This document shows positions 12,401-22,770 of a stretch of 64,000 bases of DNA, piece by piece. This DNA comes from Octopus sinensis. Its lineage: Eukaryota. Location: the NCBI RefSeq assembly GCF_006345805.1, contig NC_043014.1, positions 16,740,001 to 16,804,000 on the forward strand, in the 5' to 3' direction. Within the stretch, counting starts at the first letter, position 1. Each line of letters starts with the position of its first letter. Position numbers and translations under genes: made by a program. The notes under the pieces were generated by a model. It did no database searches. It was given only the letters and a program-made list of their open reading frames with translations, and had not been told where the DNA came from.

Positions 12401-15400
12401 CAATAACAGTTTGTGATTTGTTGTAGTTGCAGGTCAAAAACAAAAAAAAACTGATACTCTCCATAATATCACCACAGCAAGAGAGAGGATGGATCTGACT
12501 AATATATTATTAAAAAAATTAAGTACTTAAACATTTGTAATTGTTTATTGTTAATTTCTCTCTCTAAAAAGCAGTTGTGACTTTAGTACTTGGCATCAAA
12601 AACAAAATCTGTGTAGAAATTTTGAAATTAAAGTGGAAGCAATTCATACCAAAAAGATCTGATCATAAAATTAATGTAGTAATTTGTGGAATATTATATT
12701 AAATCATTGACTTTAAAAGTATACATTAACATTCGATTAAAGCATAAAGAAAAATTATCTAAAAGGTATTGTATCTTAATATTATACACATTTACAACAG
12801 TAAAATAACACAGTAGATAATAGAATTAGAAGGGGTGGGGTGGTTAAAGGTTGCGTGAGTGTGAGAGAGAAGGGATGAGTAAAACAGATGTAGAGGAGGG
12901 CTTTAGTAAATATGATGGTAAATATGTCAGACTCAGATTATGTCCAGCCAGGAAACACATTAACTACTTCAGTAACCATTTCTAATATTAATCTTATTTA
13001 TCCGTCTCTAACTTTCTCACAGAACTCACCTTAATTAAAGCATTGATATTTTAATAATAAAATCAAACTCACCAGCATAGTCAAAATCAAAGCCAGTTTT
13101 CTCCGATACACTATTTGTATCATATTGAGTACCACTGATATCAGTTCTCAAACACTTCTCTGTAACAACTTTATCTGGTTGTATACTGCTCTCAGCCATC
13201 AAACTGCTCTTATTAACAGTAACAGAATTACTGTTCAAAGAAGTTTCAATTAATTTTGAGCTAATTGTTTCAGAAGATGTTTGCCTTCGAGAAAATACAT
13301 TTGAAGTATTGAAAGAAGAGTCATTTGATTTCTTAAAATTATGTTTTAATATGTTCTTTTTGATCCTTTAAAACACTTCCTTCTGTTCTGGTATTAGAAA
13401 TATTGGAAATAGTGGCTTTAAAATCTGTCACTGAACCAAGATCATCTTTAGCAGTACTATTTGCTCTGAAACTAACAGACTGCATTCCATTTAATTCATA
13501 TGGCATGTTTTCTTTGGGGGAAGATTAGACCGATCAAAATTATTAGATGGTAGAATACAGTTATCTGCTGGCAAATTTGAAGCACTAGTTTTAAGTTCTT
13601 TAGCTAATTTACTAAATTTACCATCATTAAACTGAGTAGAATCAAATAATTCTTGTGTGTTTAGAAATGATTTGGTGGATTTAGTTACAGTCAATTCTTT
13701 TGAAGTTGACTGCGATGTATCAACCAGAGTCTTTTTTGGACAGGACCTAGAAGATTCTACCATATAAGACTCTGTACTTTCTTTAAGAACTAACTTCTCA
13801 GGAACTGATTCACTGGTAGTCACTGGCTGAACATGGTTCTTGAAATCAGATTTCTTTTCAGTTGGTTTGTTAATGGCTGGTTCAATTATATCATATGTAT
13901 TTGACTGTTTTGAAGGTATGTCAGAGGATTCAGAAACACAGGTCCTCTTTGATCCTGTCTTAATATGTTCTTTTTCATCCTTTAAACATTTGCTCCTGTT
14001 TTACTATCAGTTACATTAGTAATACTTGGTCTACAATCACTCACTGAACCAAGACCATCTTTTGCATTACTATTTGATTTGAAATTATCAGACGACATTC
14101 CATTCAATTCACATGGTATGTTTTTTTTTTTGTCAATTATATTCTTTGAAGCAAGACTAGGCAGCTGAACAATAGAATTATTAGAAGAGGGTGGCATATA
14201 ATTATCTGCTGGTAATCTTAATGGGTTATTTAGGTCTTTAGTTGGTTTACAAAAACTTTCATCTTTATTAAACTGCTTGTTTTCACAAAAATTCTCAATA
14301 TTTTCTACATCCTTCACATTGATAATCTCAACTGGTCTTTTACTTTCAGGAAAATCAGCAATTGTTATGGTGTTACAGCATGTCAAGTCCATATTACCAG
14401 CTGCATAATGAGTTTTATTGAAATAAATAGTTTTTTCATCATAGCTATTATTTTGATTGTAGTATCCAATTATATGACCATCAGGACTACTGACAATATC
14501 ATCCTTGCTTTCATTACATGCTGTGAGATATTTTCCCAAAGGTTTTGTTAAGTCCATTGAATCATTCCTATCAAAATAAACAGTATGGTTACCTTGATAC
14601 AAAAATTTATCCAAATGAGGAGAGTCTGATAAAGAATCATTTTCTTTTGACTCATCAGGTGTTTGAATCTTGCCATCATCTTTTGTATGTGCATGAACAT
14701 AATTATAAAGAAAAAGTTCAGTGCTCAATGAAGCGGGACAATTAAAATCATTTGTAAATAACAAGCTCTTTTCTGAAGAAGTAGCAGCAGCAGAAGATAG
14801 TGGAACATCTGCCTTGACTTTCTCTAGAAATGATATATCTTGTGCTTGTTTATCAGTATTGTTTGCCTCATACTTAGCTTGAGGTACTGAGTCTTTCACT
14901 TCAGGATCAACTCTGCAAACATTGATGTTTTCTTTATCCTCTATAGTTTGAGAAACAGTGGTTGATCTGGAGGTTATAGTAGAAACTCTAGTAATAGTTA
15001 AAAGAAAAAAGATTAAAAAATGTAATTTAGTCTTTAGAGTTATTCATTTAAGAATCTAGAGTATATTATGTTTTCAAAAACAAACATTTCATAAGTATTT
15101 TCATTTCTTTAATTAAAATATTAGTGAAGGCATGTAGCCAGGTGGTTAGGGTGTTGCACTCATGATTATAAGATCAAGGTTTTGATTCCTGGACCAGGCA
15201 GTGCAATGTTTTCTTGTGCAAAACACGTAATTTCAATTTGCTCCAATTCACCCACTTGTAAAAAAAAGTAGTTCCAGCAAGGCTGGGAAGTTATCCCTGC
15301 AACAAACAGCATCCTGTTGTTGTGGGGAGTGATGGGTTGTAATCTCAGTCAATCACCTATGTGCTAAGGAAACCAGCTTGGAACATGGACTCATGAGAGA

Positions 15401-17448
15401 TCTAAGCTAAGCTAATTAAAATATTAAATTGCTAAAATTAGGAATCCTGACAGCTGCGCATCATAAGCAAAAAAAAATAAAATAGGAATAAAAAGAGCCA
15501 TCACTTACAAGCAAATATGGGTAATTTACCATGTTTTGCTTAATGGTTTTAAGTGTATGTGTAATCATATAAAGACAGACACCTCAGTCTTCCCACACTT
15601 GACCCAGCAGAACAACTATGATGTAACAGTTTGAGGGAGAGTAAGGGCTGCACCAGCACATGAGTGGCACTAATTTCTGGAACAATAGGAAGTGCTTTAC
15701 TCAAGAACACAATATGCCACCTAATCCAAGAATCAAACCCACGACCTTATAATTATGAGCCTAACACCCTAGTGCTAGGCCATGCATAATGATGCATTTC
15801 TTTAACGCTTTGGAAACAGAGCCTTGTTTGAAGTTTCAGTACTCAGAAGACAGTGCCCTTAACACAAGCCCTACACAGAGCATGCACTCATTTTTCAAAA
15901 AAAATTATAACCCTTAGGAGACAACTGGGCCAATCTATTGGCCAAAAAGTCAAATGAAGACGACGACAACTGGGCCGATCTGTTGTCTTTGTCAATCAAC
16001 TTTTCAGCCGATAGACTGGCCCTGTCATCCCCTAGGGGTTAATACAGCACAATATATTTACATAACCAAACTAACTAGACAAAATTTTTAATGAACAGAC
16101 ACTTATAATGTTTGTAACTTAATAGGATCTTTAAAGACATTCTTAAATTTGTAACATCTAAGATATGAAAACAATACAAGACAACAATTTAAAATCTAAC
16201 AAATAGAAAATTTGGCAAATTATCTAATTGAAAACGTTTGTGTTGTAAATTATCACAAAGAAACATGAAGGAAAGAAATTTAAGTCAAACATTTCCTGTG
16301 TTTCCATTAAAGCAAAAGTATATTTTGTAATAATTTTGACAAAATGATTTAATATATGCAGAAAAATACACATTATTTGATGGCATAAAAGACACACACA
16401 CTGCAATTTCAACACTGCATATTGAGGAAAGAAGTTTCTAGAGTGTCAAATCATGTAATATTGATTTCAAATTCTGGTACAATGCCATCAACTTTGGGAG
16501 GGGCTAAGTTGATTACATCGACCCCAGTGTTCAACTGGTACTTATTTTATTAACCCCAAAAGGATGAAAGGCAAAATCTACCCCAGTGGAATTTTAACTC
16601 AGGACATAAAGACAGACGAAATGCCAATAGGCATTTCACTCAGCATGCTACTGATTCTATTATCTCACCACCTGCTTAAAGCATGTAATATTAGCTTATA
16701 GGAGACCCAAATTTGCATATAGGACCTGGGTTAATTTTTTAAACATTTCTTTGGGGTGTCTTACATACTATCAAAAATGGTAAATTCAATTGCTTTGAAA
16801 AGTTTAAAATTCATACAAACTTTTCTGGAGACATCAAAATACTTTGGTTTAAAGGATTAACTGCAATGCGCCTTTCTTCATCACTTTCATCGTCTGAAAT
16901 ATTCTATAGAGAAAATATAAGAATGAATGCAAGTGATAAGAATAATAAAAAAGGAATGAGTAAGATTTAAATCTGGTGATTAGCACCAAAACGTTTATTA
17001 TGAAGTGAATAAGGAATCGTTCTTTAGAAAAGGTATCATCATCATTTAGCATCCATTTTCCATGCTGGCATGGGTTAGAGGGTGTGATTGGAGAGCTGCA
17101 CCAGGCTCAGTCTGTTTTGGCTTGGTTTCTTGGCTGGATGCCCTTGCTAACACCAACCACTCCAAAGAGTGTACCGGGTGCCTTTAACGTGTCGCCAATT
17201 TCATAAAAACGTTTTATTCCTAATAGCTAATTACATTGAACAAAATGGTCTTATTTAGAAACCACAAAGGGTATGATTCTATTCCTTACATACTTGTGGG
17301 ATTTGGTTCAGATCGCTAGTAACCAAAACCATAGCCGTCACTTGCAAGCGAGCATGGTCTAGTAGTATGTATTCTGTTCTGGAGAATTATTTTATGCATT
17401 TATGTACTAACGAGCAGATGTAGATACCTTTTCGGATATCCAACTCAT
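407..17448 (-). CDS. KNL1: KNL1/CASC5/Spc105-like kinetochore scaffold gene (multi-exon span, 3' end beyond window; appears disrupted in this sequence)
   Basis: Exons 5-12 (11871 down to 407) form a phase-consistent chain with canonical splice motifs; the exon 2-to-4 junction is less certain. The N-terminal SILM resembles the SILK motif. A large S/T/N-rich exon carries TVYFDRNDSMDLTK and TIYF..AGNMDLTC (MELT-like). ETIEDLLFLV..RQSNIYETSVVTEPHTIEEKMELACVLHPEYQ aligns by eye with my recollection of vertebrate KNL1 (TIREFFILL..RQSN..TPPTPEDLM..VYRPKIQ) and is followed by a coiled coil. Confidence 0.75.
710..2585 (+). mobile_element. 5'-truncated RTE-clade LINE (RT, PHD-like finger, 3'UTR repeats, (GAT)n tail) in a KNL1 intron, antisense to the gene
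   Basis: RT motifs QFGF, FVDLEKAFD, HQGS, YADD, FRYLG. Homologous to 38005-39470. An internal deletion joins the ORF at ~2194 to the 3'UTR array. The ORF-track ATG at 676 is microsatellite-derived. Confidence 0.93.
3971..4072 (-). CDS. KNL1: KNL1 coiled-coil exon (ALKDFEEKIELLNSTSEYSEAQIKCYKEGRKYLD), cut off from its acceptor
   Basis: 102 nt, phase 1-1, donor G|gtaagt. The pyrimidine tract and AG now sit at ~4681-4710, beyond the 614-bp insertion. Confidence 0.7.
4070..4683 (-). repeat. 614-bp inverted copy of 2295-2908
   Basis: Reverse-complement identity; paired coordinates sum to 6978 at both ends; identical 65-aa ORFs at 2494-2691(-) and 4287-4484(+). Confidence 0.95.
5540..5627 (-). 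CDS. KNL1: KNL1 coiled-coil exon (DKLKLMEKANSQLVDITSKLDQQIDSLDN)
   Basis: Acceptor ctcttcccttag, donor G|gtataa, 88 nt, phase 0 to 1, heptad-like. Confidence 0.7.
6815..6931 (-). CDS. KNL1: KNL1 exon (KEDIKKQLLADFKMCKQRTDKKMKQKEIEYFNDLTSAYT)
   Basis: Acceptor ttaattgcag, donor ACA|gtaagt, 117 nt, phase 0-0. Confidence 0.75.
7219..7297 (-). CDS. KNL1: KNL1 exon (RFMKQFKDPELLYGFRNVLEEREKTSS)
   Basis: Acceptor tattttttag, donor TCA|gtacgt, 79 nt, phase 2 to 0. Confidence 0.75.
7482..7692. mobile_element. piggyBac-like MITE
   Basis: TIR CCCTTTAGCA..TGCTAAAGGG; flanked by CTAA (left) and TTAA (right). Confidence 0.6.
8095..8400 (-). mobile_element. Degenerate LINE (RTE-like) 3' fragment
   Basis: Translates to ..HYGHVIKMLQERIPKWILQGKPSSRRSKS*LRMSWLDNI, a typical RTE C-terminus, with stops. 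Confidence 0.5.
8546..8964. repeat. 158-bp inverted repeat (8546-8703 / 8807-8964) around a 103-bp spacer
   Basis: Direct reverse-complement match with one visible T/G mismatch. Confidence 0.95.
8663..8772 (+). CDS. KNL1: KNL1 exon lying in inverted orientation (VTEPHTIEEKMELACVLHPEYQCTLKSHEQLKSDGE)
   Basis: Plus-strand acceptor ttcttatttag and donor AAG|gtaatt. Phase 0 to 2 bridges the minus-strand exons at 9751 and 7297 exactly. Associated with a 158-bp inverted repeat. Confidence 0.7.
9751..9855 (-). CDS. KNL1: KNL1 exon (MEVETIEDLLFLVGIDRVGNAALECRQSNIYETSV)
   Basis: Acceptor ttttattgtag, donor GTG|gtaaac, 105 nt, phase 0-0, RQSN motif. Confidence 0.75.
11609..11871 (-). CDS. KNL1: KNL1 exon (EVSDIMDEK...LEKPLSL)
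   Basis: Acceptor tcatttcag, donor TTA|gtaagt, 263 nt, phase 1 to 0, open frame. Confidence 0.75.
13073..14987 (-). CDS. KNL1: KNL1 large MELT-repeat exon, with 3 frameshifts at homopolymer runs
   Basis: Acceptor ttactag|A GTT TCT, donor GCT G|gtgagt. Joins ORFs 13982-14899, 13491-13823 and 13035-13238. Contains two MDLT motifs and an internal ~100-aa repeat. Confidence 0.75.
15911..16038. mobile_element. Small fold-back MITE, piggyBac-like
   Basis: ~40-bp imperfect TIRs (CCCTTAGG..GGGCCAATCTAT..AAAAGT), flanked by ATAA/TTAA. Confidence 0.5.
16119..16157 (-). CDS. Possible small KNL1 exon (CYKFKNVFKDPI, phase 2-2)
   Basis: Acceptor ttttcatatcttag, donor gttaca, phase compatible with the large exon; no homology support. 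Confidence 0.25.
16817..16903 (-). CDS. KNL1: KNL1 exon (NISDDESDEERRIAVNPLNQSILMSPEKF)
   Basis: Acceptor ttttctctatag; acidic N-terminus plus SILM. The donor is either gtatga (exon end 16817, phase 0) or gtttgt (end 16821, phase 2). Confidence 0.6.
17428..17448 (-). CDS. KNL1: KNL1 candidate first coding exon (MSWISEK)
   Basis: ATG at 17448, 21 nt, donor AAG|gtatct, phase 0 fits the next exon. Confidence 0.45.
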
Positions 17449-18632
17449 TTTATTCACCAGAAAACCGAGAATATAACGGAACGTAAGAGAGAGAGAGGGA
17501 GGGAGATAAATAGATTGATAGATAGATACATACATACGTAGACAAACAGTTAGACAGACAGACAGACAGAGAGTGAGAGTGAATGAGAAAGACGTGGAGG
17601 CTACACCACCAACTGGACGGTATTTACAGCTGAGTAAAATGGGAATGAAATGTGAAATGAAGCGCCTTACTCAAGGACACAACGCACTACTCGGTCTGGA
17701 AATTGAAACCACGACTGTATGACCGTAAGCTGAACGCCCTAATCACCAGGTCACCTGAGTAAACAGATTAAGGCATTTTGCTCATTCTGCCATGTATAAT
17801 AATCCTGATTTAATATTAAAAAAAACACAAATGGTCAAATGGAAAATAGAAACAACGTTTGGATAATCTTTATTTGAATATTCCTCATATTAAGGGAATA
17901 GCAAAAAGATGGCAAACGGAGTCAATTCAGATAAAGTTTGAAGTGAAACTATGTCGCTAATTAATTATACGTATAATTAATAAAGACTGAAGCAGTAATA
18001 AGACCATTGGCATGATCAAGGAAGACCGAAATCACGTGACGTGGTAGTCCTAGCGGTGACGATGGCAGTTGTGTGTGCGTGTGTATGTTCGTGTGTCTGT
18101 GTTTGTGCCCTCATCATCACTTGACAACCGATGCTGGTGTGTTTACATCCCCGTCACTTGGTGATTCGGCAAAAGTGGCCGATAGAATAGTAACTAGGCT
18201 TACAAAGAAGGGCGATTATATATATATATATATATGTATGTATTTATGTATGTTTTCTCTTTCTGTTTTTAATTTAGTGTAAATTTTGACCGATCTCCAT
18301 CTTGGTAGCAAGGTTGTGAAGAAAAGTATCAAGATTTAAATGTCATTTTTTAAATCTTAAGAAGATCTTGTAGATTTCTATGCTTCCAGATATCGTGATC
18401 ATTTGTAGCATTTGAAATAAAGATTTGCATTCTCTTCTCAAGATTCCAAGTTCAGCCATACTTTTCTTCCTCCGTCTTCCTGTCTTTGGATCTTTCCTTT
18501 TCCTATGTTTCTCACGAAGAGCTCCGCTCAAAACGTTAAACCCTCCTTCTTTCCTGAACGTCCAATAATACTATACTTTTTCCACGTCCTCGCGTTGTGT
18601 TTTCTCTTTGTGTTTTCCTGTTTGGATTAACT

Positions 18633-18768
18633 ATGTATGTATGTATGTATGTATGTATGTATGTATGTATGCATGCATGCATGCACGCACGCACGCACGC
18701 ACGATCACAGCACCAATAACAGTTAAGCTTCGTGCAATGGCCATACTCGATAACGAGGGGGCAGCCAT

Positions 18769-18799
<31 letters not shown>

Positions 18800-19288
18800 A
18801 TGTATGTATGTGTGTACGTGTGTGTGTGTGTGTGTATGTAAACTCTGACCAGAAAAATCTCATACTTGAGTTAGTTATTCTGTACACTCAGTTGATATCG
18901 AAAGAATGAATAGCGAAGCCATTGCCAGCTAGATTTTAAACTGGAAACTCTAATGGTAACGACTCAGAAAATATAATAAATACAACGAAAAATAAACGTC
19001 AATAACATAGAATACGTAAGAAAATTGTAATTATAGAAGCTATCATAAACAGCTGACTGATTTAGTTTGAGTGCTTGGCAAGAACATTTCAAATATATTG
19101 GGAGAAAAAGTCTTTACCTATATTTGTATTTGTTGAAAAACATTGCAATGCTAGACACAATATGTACGCGATTCTTGGCTGAAAAATAAAATCCTCTATT
19201 CCCACACCATCAGCAATTTCGAGTGGAAGAGTCCAATTTTGCTACAAAACAGCCCAATCTTACTCCTTCACAAATCCACGTCTAACCA

Positions 19289-19336
<48 letters not shown>

Positions 19337-19491
19337 CGTATGTCTGATTGTATGTATGGATGTATGTATGTAACCATCTATCAATCTATCTAGCTATCTT
19401 TATATATATATATAGATAGATAGAGAGAGAGAGATAGAGCTATGTATTTGTATATGCATATATATATATATCTTTTTTTACATATCAATAC

Positions 19492-19573
<82 letters not shown>

Positions 19574-19575
19574 GT
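18633..19575. repeat. Microsatellite cluster: (TATG)n, (CA)n, (TATC)n, (TA)n
   Basis: Visible simple repeats at 18633-18670, 18770-18838, 19289-19335 and 19490-19575. Confidence 0.95.
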
Positions 19576-22039
19576 ATATGTATATTGATGTAACTATTTA
19601 TGCATGTCTTTATGTCTTTCTAAATCTACAGCAATGTATAATTTTATACACAACACACACACATACACATGCATACACTCGCGTCTATAATGTTCATATG
19701 GTTGTATGTGTGAATGTTTTTTCCACATTTTTTTATTCTTCAGTAACACACAACCTAATACAATTTAATTATATAGGTTGAAAATAGGAAGCGTTATAAA
19801 GATATTCATTGTATTTCGGTTTTGCTCTTTTTTTTTACCATTATTCTGCTTTCTATATTCCACAAAGTTCTCTCTATTTTCATCAACCACCCCAATTTTT
19901 TTTTTTTTTTCACACTTTAAATTTTTCGCCTCATCGCTTTCTTTCCCATAAATAATTTTACTTCTCTTTCCTTTGCATCAAATAGCCAGTCTTTATTACA
20001 CGGTTACTATTGTATTTTTATATACCCTTTACTGTATGTCTATATAAGACTTTCTCTATACTTGTGCACACTGGTTTTATATCAATCTGTCATCTGGCAA
20101 GTTTCTTAAAGTGAGAGTTGAACTCTTGTCTGACTCAGTACCGAGAGTCTTTTATCCATCCATGTTTATTATCATTTCATTCACGTCACACGATTCTCTT
20201 CAGAATAACCCGGCTAATTTCTGCATTCCATTTCAGTCTCTTGACATTCGATTTCCAATAGAAGTTTTGTAAAGTCTAATCCTCTTTTTTTTTCACTTCC
20301 AAACGTACATCCTACCTCCACGTTATTAGATACTAAAATAAGTCAAATGTAATAGTAGTTGTGCGTAACAACATTGAGAGAAGGCTTGGTGTTGGACTGA
20401 CAAGCATAAATCATGGGTTCAAATCCATGAGCGGGTAGCACGATGTTTCTTTGAGCATGACGCTTAATAATATCTGTTTCTTTATTACCCACAAGGGGCT
20501 AAACACAGAGGGAACAAACAAGGACATACAAACGGATTAAGTCAAGTATATCGACCTAATTGTGTAACTGGTACTTAATTTATCGACCCCGAAAGGTTGA
20601 AAGGCAAAGTCGACGTCGGCGGAATTTGGACTCAGAACGTTGCGGCAGACGAAATACGGCTACGCATTTCGCCCGGCGTGCAAACGTTTCTGCCATCCCG
20701 CCGCCTTAATAATATCGTTGTTCCAGTGTAGCCATCTGAAAGTGAGTACTATCCATGAACTGGTGCAACCATCTCTCCCACCAGGGAGAGAGGGCTCTCA
20801 TATGAACCTTGGGGTCCACATAAGATTTTGTTGCTAAAATTTATCTGCCATAAATGTGTTATACTCTAACAAGACTGCAGTCAAATAACAAACAAATAAA
20901 ATAATAACAAAATATTCTAACAGCTTTTTTTAAATATAATTTCTTAATAATATTTAATAATAAAAATATAATAGGATCTTTTAAGCATTGAACATTTATG
21001 TGGGTTCGTCTGCATAAAATAGGGATCAAAGGGCAAAAAATGGTTGAGAACCACTGGAGACTAAGAGTTTGTCTCTCTGCTTCGCTAAAACAATTAGCGA
21101 AGGTATGTTACACGACACTTATTTATGGATGCTTGTGAGCAATAGCTGGGGATGATTTGTATAACAACCTTAATGTGTGAATATATGGTATATTCAGGGC
21201 TCTGAGAAAAAAGTAAATGGCACAAGTCAATCAGGACAAAATTAGAGATTTGTGTAGAAAAGTTTTTAGGGTCGTGAGTTGAAGAACTGGTAAAGTGTAC
21301 GACAAAATGGTTTCGTAAATGGAAGAATTTGTACAAAATGAGTATTTGGATGGTCGGTTTGCTACAGTGTCACAGAAAATGTAACTGGTACTTATTTAAT
21401 CGACCCCGGAAGGATGAAAGGCAAAGTCAACCTCGGCGGAATTTGAACTCAGAACGTAACGGCAGACGAAATACCTATTTCTTTACTACCCACAACGGAC
21501 AGAGAGGACAAACATGGACAGACAAACGGATTAAGTCGATTATATCGACCCAGTGCGTAACTGGTAATTACTCTATGTTTAGCCCCTTGTGGGTAGTAAA
21601 GAAATATGTATTTCGTCTGCTGCTACGTTCTGAGTTCAAATTCCGCCAAGGTCGACTTTGCCTTTCCTTTTGGGGTCGATTAAATAAGTACCAGTTACGC
21701 ACTGGGGTCGATGTAATCGACTTAATCCCTTTGTCTGTCCTTGTTTGTCCCCTCTGTGTGTAGCCCCTTGTGGGTAGTAAAGAAATAGGTATTTCGTCTG
21801 CCACTACGCTCTGAGTTCAAATTCCGCCGAGGTTGACGTTACCTGTCATTCTTTCGGGTTCGATAAATTAAAAACCAGTTGCGTACAAAAATTTCGGGCC
21901 TTTTGCCTAGAGTAGAAAAAGAGTATAATCGTAGAAGTTTAATAGTCGTCGTGGTGGTCGTGGTCATAGTCGTCGCCATCGTCATCATCATCGTCATGCA
22001 GAGTGCAGTATGCTTACAAACCAGACTGTATACAGAAAA

Positions 22040-22335
22040 CGTAACTTAATGATTAGGGTATTTGGTTCAAGAACGTAAGGTCGTGAGATCGATTCACGTC
22101 GGAGCGTTGCATCCTTGAGCAAGATACTTAATTCCACGTTGCTCCAGTTCACTCAGCTGGCAAAAATGAGTAGTAGTACGTGTAATTCAAATGGCCACCC
22201 TTGTTACGTTCTGTTTCATGCTGAATAAGGGCACACGTGTCTGTGGAGTACTCAGCCACTTGCACGTTAATTTCACGAGCATGGTGTTCCGTTGATCGGA
22301 TCAATGAAACTCTCGTCGTCGAACCGACAGCGGTC
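22040..22335 (+). mobile_element. tRNA-derived SINE with a CCTTGAGCAAG central domain
   Basis: A/B-box-like head plus CATCCTTGAGCAAG..GCTCCAGTTCACTCAGCTG. Relatives at ~15125-15300(+), 17600-17760(-), 41883-42160(+) and 43090-43320(-). Confidence 0.65.
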
Positions 22336-22439
22336 TAGGTATACAGGGAATAATGTTTATAGAAAAGCATGTATGTAGAATAGTGTGGGTGTAGAAAACA
22401 ATATACATATATGTGCGTGTGTATATATATATATATACA

Positions 22440-22480
<41 letters not shown>

Positions 22481-22494
22481 TGCGTTCTACATCC

Positions 22495-22770
22495 TCACTA
22501 TTCTACATGGAATCTTACATATATACCATTCTGCCAAAAAATTGGATCTACAACTTCAATATCCATACATATCTTGCATCTGTTTTCTTTCCTCCACCTT
22601 ACTCTCTGTTTTGTATCCTATCTAAACTAAGTATGACTTAATCATCCTCTCACACCGTCTCCGATGAAGGGATATAATTAATAAATATCCTGGAAACAGC
22701 TATAAGACCTTCTAGCTAAGTTCTAATATCGACACAGCCTTGGTTTTTTTTTATCTCATAACGCAAAAAA
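22495..22770 (+). mobile_element. Repeat fragment resembling a Penelope-like element 3' end/pLTR
   Basis: Homologous to 54490-54762; CTCCGATGAAGGG..CCTGGAAACAGC motif. The family assignment is an inference. Confidence 0.4.

Noticed and set aside
20370-20460. tRNA-like GGTTCAAATCC B-box sequences here and in many SINE heads
   Set aside because: No complete cloverleaf; each continues into a SINE body.
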